A DNA stretch of 64,000 nt from Macrostomum lignano (Eukaryota): contig NIVC01000856.1 of assembly GCA_002269645.1 (NCBI GenBank), forward strand, positions 310,001 through 374,000. Direction: 5' to 3'. The position numbers were made by a program, and so were the translations under genes. Each line of letters begins with the position of its first letter. Position 1 is the first letter of the stretch. The notes below the pieces were generated by a model. That model saw nothing but the letters and a program-made list of their open reading frames with translations, had not been told where the DNA came from and did no database searches. Shown here piece by piece: positions 58,891 through 64,000 of this stretch.

Positions 58891-61766
58891 TCAGACTACA
58901 ACCAGAGTGGTGATGGCCCTGGCCTCCAGGTCGCTGTCCTCAGGCACGGAGGTCATCAGGGTCACCCCTGGCCGAAGCTGCGGCCCCGGCGCTGACGGAT
59001 TTTGCTCAGCCGGCGCCGCCGAAGGCTCAGTCGGAGTTGAAGCAGCCGCCGCCGCCTTGCCTGGACTTTCAACTTGAGCCCTGACCACCTCCACTTCGGC
59101 CGCGCCTTCGGCAGCTCCGGGCTCGCCTTGCTGAGCTCCAGACGGAGTTTCAGCCGCTGATGGCGACTTCTTTGACGACGACTTGCCGCCGCCGGAGTGT
59201 CGATGGTGTCGGCCATTGTTTGGCGGCTTCTTGCTGTTGCCGTTGCTGCCGCCAGACGCTGCCGGAGCGTCGGCCGCCGCCACCATGGCCTGCAGCTCCA
59301 GCTCCTTCTCCACATCTCTGGCCAGCTCGGCGTTCTTGCGCTTGCTCCAGCCTTTGTACGCCATCATGGAGATGACGGTGATGAGCAGGAAGGCCACGCA
59401 CAGGCCGATGATGATGAGGAACGTGTGCCGGGACTGATTGCCGCTGCCCGACTTCCCATTGCCGTTAGAATCCGACTGGCGCGGCTTGGGCATGAGGCAC
59501 TGCGGCCGGCTGCTCAGCACCAGCCGGTTGGGATCGAAGCCTTCCGGACACGGCTCGGACAGATTGACAGCTCCGCTGATTATTGAGCTGAAATTGAAGC
59601 TGGCCAGCGGACTCGGCGCCTGTTTCACGCTGGCTGGCAGGCTGCAGAATGCGCCTTGTTGAACCTCTTTAATGGGGTTGCCAGACAGGTCCAAGCTGGA
59701 TAGAGAGGCCAAGCCGAGCAGGGCGCGCTGTCCAATGACTCGAATGTCATTATTGGCCAGGTTGAGCTGTTCCAGCCATTTCATAATGCCGAAATTGCGA
59801 TCGAACAGGCACGCCAGGCTGCCGTTGCTCAGGTCCAGCTCGCGCAGGCCGGTCAGCCCGGCCAGGACGCCATTGCTAAGCCGACGGAATCGATGACCGC
59901 TCAGGTCGAGTCGGCGAAGCTTCTGCAGCCGGTCCAGCGCGTTGGGGATTTGATCCTCGGCTAGGCGAGCGTTCACTAGGCGGAGCGTCTGGGCGATTGG
60001 CGGGGATAAGACGTGAATCGCACGACAAGTCTTACCCACAGATACTAAAAAAACTACAATAGATGGGCCACTCAGGCACATATGCTTAGCAAAACAGCTT
60101 TCTACTTTCAGTTCAGTAGTAAAGAAGAATACATAAGCTAATTTTATAAAATAAGGCTTATTGGTTCAGCAATAATGTACATTAGCCAGTCCACTGAAAT
60201 GTACATGGCAGCTTTAGGCTGGAATTCCGAGGAAGGCAATAAAATTGGGGCTGGGGAGTGTGGAAAGGCGCGGTTTGAGGGTTTCAGCTGGGGGGGGGGG
60301 TAAGAGTCAGTAAATGTCTTGATTTTAAAAATACATAAAAATGCTTCTGTTTAACTTACTACTGAAATAAAAGTAGCTTACACGCAAATGTGCTGAGTGG
60401 CCCAGCTAGTTATTCTGTGGTATTACTTTGGCAAATCTAACGTGTCTTTGAAGCCCATATTATTGCGGTATCGAACTTTTGGCACTTACAAAGAGCAACT
60501 CACCTCTAATTCCGTGTTATTATCGAATCGGCCGTCCAACAGCGGCTCCCAGATCTTGGCCAGGACGCCCTCCTTGGGCAGTGGCAGTACAATGCTGAGC
60601 TCGCGCAGTTTAGGCAGGCGTTGAAACGCTCCGATTTGAATGTACTGCACAATATTACCGTCCAGAATGAGGCTGCGCAAATTCGGCATCGAGCCGAACG
60701 CGTCGTCTTCCAACTTTTTGAAATTGTTATTGGTTAGCTTGACCTCCTGCAGTGAGTCGCGAGTGACCTGCGGCAGGTCCGCCAGGTTCAAGTTGTCCAG
60801 CATGGCGCTGTCTATGGTCAGAGTTTGCAAGGACGGCAGGCGGCCCAACCAGCTGCTGTTCAAGGTGTCAATTTTGCAGCCGCCGACAATGCTGAGCTCC
60901 TGTAGGCTGTTTGTTAGATGTATTGGTTCTGTGAGTAATATTTGCTGCACGCGAATCGAATGAGATTATTGGACAGGTTTTGGGGTAGATTAATTTAGAA
61001 AAGCTTTCAGGTGGATGGTTAATGATAGGGGGATATCGAAGCCCAATTTGTCATGATGTGCCAGGCAGCCCAGGCTCGATTCCAAGTGCAGTCACATTAA
61101 TTTGGGGGGGGGCTAAATTGGAATCTCGGCTTGGCTCTCGCCCATGAGGGCCAACCCCCAAGGCACAGTGAAGTGTACATGCCTAACGATAAATAAAGTT
61201 AGGGCCGCTGTACACTCCTGTGTGAGTGTGTGCCTGTGAGTATGACTGCTCAGGGGAGTCGGCGGAATGGGCAGCAATGCCTCTCGCCGGTTGTGCGACA
61301 ATGTCGCTTAAAGTGCGCCAGGGTGCACACGACCCCCTCCCGCCTTTAACTGGAAAAGTAAAACTGTGCTGACCGACTGACCTGTTCAACGAGGTTACGG
61401 GGGCTCCGCGCGGCATCGGGCAGCAGTTGATCAGCCTCAGCTGGACCAGCGATGGCAGGATGCCGTTCAACTCGATGGCACTGCCGCCGACTCTGTCCAG
61501 GGTGAGGCTTCGAATTCGAGCAGCAGTTGAGCTGGCTCGAATTGCCGACTTATCTGGCCAGCTGCTGAAGGTGACGTTGATCAGCGTCAGCCGAAGGTTG
61601 ACTCGGACAGTCGCCTGTTGAACAGTTCCATTCCAGACATGCTGCTGACGTCTCTGATGACGCAGTCAGCTTGACCAGGCTGGCATGTTGTGGGCTCGGC
61701 CGGTGCTAGCGATAGGAGCAAAACTAGGAGCAGATATGGGACTGGAACACAGCTTTTAGCTGGCAT
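58891..61766 (-). CDS. Single-pass leucine-rich-repeat membrane protein; 4 exons, about 616 aa
   Basis: Exons 61766-61650, 61614-61382, 60906-60504, 59988-58891 (TGA). Signal peptide MPAKSCVPVPYLLLVLLLSLAPA; typical LxxLxLxxN repeats (LRRLDLSGH, LRELDLSNG, LEQLNLANN, LRSLILDGN); TM helix TFLIIIGLCVAFLLITVISMMAY; low-complexity tail, no TIR. The first intron (35 nt) is inferred to restore the frame. Confidence 0.83.
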
Positions 61767-62899
61767 TGTTTGCTTTCGTGGGGCTGACGTCGGTTGCAGG
61801 CGTCGGATCTGGAATCGGAAAATTATGATGCAGCAGTCAGGACGGAAGATTGTTTTGCGTCAAAGGCATGGCTTATGCTCGCGCATGGTGCAATACTGTC
61901 ACTGGCGCTTGGTATGAACTTGCAGCGAATGCAAATGACTATCAATACAGTGCAAGTTATGCATGTAGCCGGTAGTCACTGAAGTCAAGTCGTGAGTCGA
62001 ACTACTGTAACTGGGCGCAGATTTCTGTATTTTCCGTGGGACAGAACAGGGAAAGTGCAACGCACTGCAGCGCGTGGCAACACGTAGCGAATGTTGCAAT
62101 AGAGAATTTGTTTGCTTGCTCTGCTGCATAACATTAATTCATTGGCTCATACATATGTATGCAGCTAATTTCTGCGATTTGCCTCCCATTAAAGAGAGAA
62201 ATGTTTGTATACTAGTATATACACATCTGCATATAGAAATTATACTAATTAATTGCAAATAGTGCTGCTGAGAGGTGAGCAGAGGAGAGCAGAGCAGAGA
62301 GAGGAGAGGGAGAGGGGAAGGCAGCGGAGGAGGAGGGGGAGAGAGAGGAGAGGAGGCGAGGAGGATAGCTCGGGGTTGTTTTGCGGAGGAGAGGGCAGCA
62401 GTCGGGAGAAGAGGCGTCCTGTGCTGCTGGAATTGGATGGGGTTCTCCTATATAATATGATTCTTATAGACGTCGGGCGTGAGGGGAGGGGGTGGCTGGG
62501 GTTGTTTTGCCTGCGTGCCAGACAGACAGACACAACTTCGTGTATTGGGGCTAAATACAGAGAGTGAGGAGGGAGAGGCCCAGGTCTTGTGCGTGCCTGG
62601 GCGGGCGGAAAGTCTGGGGTTGGCGCCGCTGCGACCAAAAGCAGAATTACGCTTTTCCGCTCTATCCCTTCCCCTTCTCCCATTCTCTCTCCCCCCCAAC
62701 TTGGCTTGTGTCTTTGGGGAGGGGATTGAGGCGCTTGGGAAGACGCGATTTCCTTTCCTCACCCCCTGTCCCTTCACCCCACCCTCCTCTGTGCGTAAAT
62801 CCTTTCAAGGAGATTTTACAAACATAATTCTGGAGATACATAGCCATCCATTCCATAGCATCCATAGCCAATGTAACGGTGGTATAGTCTGGCCCCAGG

Positions 62900-63545
62900 T
62901 ATGAGTTTAGTACCAGTTTAGCGCTGTAGGCTCATGAGTTTAGCGCCAGTTTAAGCTCGGCAGGCATGAGTTTAGCGCCAGTTTAAGCTCCAGTTTAGCG
63001 CCAGTTTAAGCTCCGCAGGCTCATGAGTTTAGCGCCAGTTTAAGCTCCGCAGGCTCATGAGTTTAGCGCCAGTTTAAGCTCCGCAGACTCATGAGTTTAG
63101 CGCCAGTTTAAGCTCCGCAGGCTCATGAGTTTAGCGCCAGCTTAAGCTCCGCAGGCTCATGAGTTTAGCGCCAGTTTAAGCTCCAGTTTAGCGCCAGTTT
63201 AAGCTCCCCAGGCTCATGAGTTTAGCGCCAGTTTAAGCTCCGCAGACTCATGAGTTTAGCGCCAGCTTAAGCTCCGCAGGCTCATGAGTTTAGCGCCAGT
63301 TTAAGCTCCAGTTTAGCGCCAGTTTAAGCTCCCCAGGCTCATGAGTTTAGCGCCAGTTTAAGCTCCGCAGGCTCATGAGTTTAGCGCCAGTTTAAGCTCC
63401 AGTTTAGCGCCAGCTTAAGCTCCCCAGGCTCATGAGTTTAGCGCCAGTTTAAGCTCCGCAGACTCATGAGTTTAGCGCCAGTTTAAGCTCCGCAGACTCA
63501 TGAGTTTAGCGCCAGTTTAAGCTCCGCAGACTCATGAGTTTAGCT
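62900..63545. repeat. 34-bp minisatellite GCTCATGAGTTTAGCGCCAGTTTAAGCTCCGCAG
   Basis: Full and internally deleted units alternate. Confidence 0.92.
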
Positions 63546-64000
63546 TTATTGAGCTTTAAAATGGGGGGGGGGGCAGGATTGTAACAAAATCAGTTTGATG
63601 ACTTAAGTAAGAAAAAAGTAAATTCCTATATGTAAGCTGAGTAGCAATCAGCCTACAGCTGTCTGACTATGGGGAATTCGACACTGTGTTGTTGCTCTCC
63701 AAATTTTGCTTCTGGTTCTCCTTGATCCTTTTCAACCCCGCAACTGGGGAGCTGGGGAGGGCAGGCGAGTGACTCACCAGGTTTGCCCCTCAGACTTTAG
63801 CTGGAGAGGAGGGTGGGGGGGGCAGGAGACCCCCGGTGCGGAATTTCTTCAAAGAAATCTCTCTTTATACTTCCCTAAAGGGCTAGAAGCGGTCGGCCCT
63901 TCTTTAAGGCTAAGGAAAAGAAGGAAACTGAAGATTCTGCAAGTTTGTCCGCTCTCTGTGCCGGCGGGGAAATTTCTATACTTTTTCTCCTGCCCTCGGC

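Overview
Eukaryotic (metazoan) genomic DNA. GC-rich exons, short GT-AG introns inflated by minisatellites and the gene content suggest a free-living flatworm such as Macrostomum (inference only). Five spliced genes can be built by hand from splice signals and phase: (1) an ARHGAP19-like RhoGAP (minus, 5363-10645); (2) a divergent ionotropic glutamate receptor with ATD, LBD and M1-P-M3-M4 (plus, 23175-32963); (3) NPC1 (minus, 47081 to 36202, with a second phase-compatible terminal exon at 34151-34332); (4) the 5' half of an NMDA receptor GluN1/NR1-like gene (plus, from 52654, apparently continuing beyond the window); (5) a single-pass LRR membrane protein gene (minus, 58891-61766) that appears nested antisense in the NR1 intron. 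A 3'-truncated non-LTR retrotransposon (ORF1 plus the start of an APE endonuclease, LOA/R1-like) lies at about 19617-22100. Its 5' end folds on paper into a well-supported HDV-like self-cleaving ribozyme. About 45 distinct tandem-repeat arrays account for most long ORFs in the track; those ORFs are artefacts.
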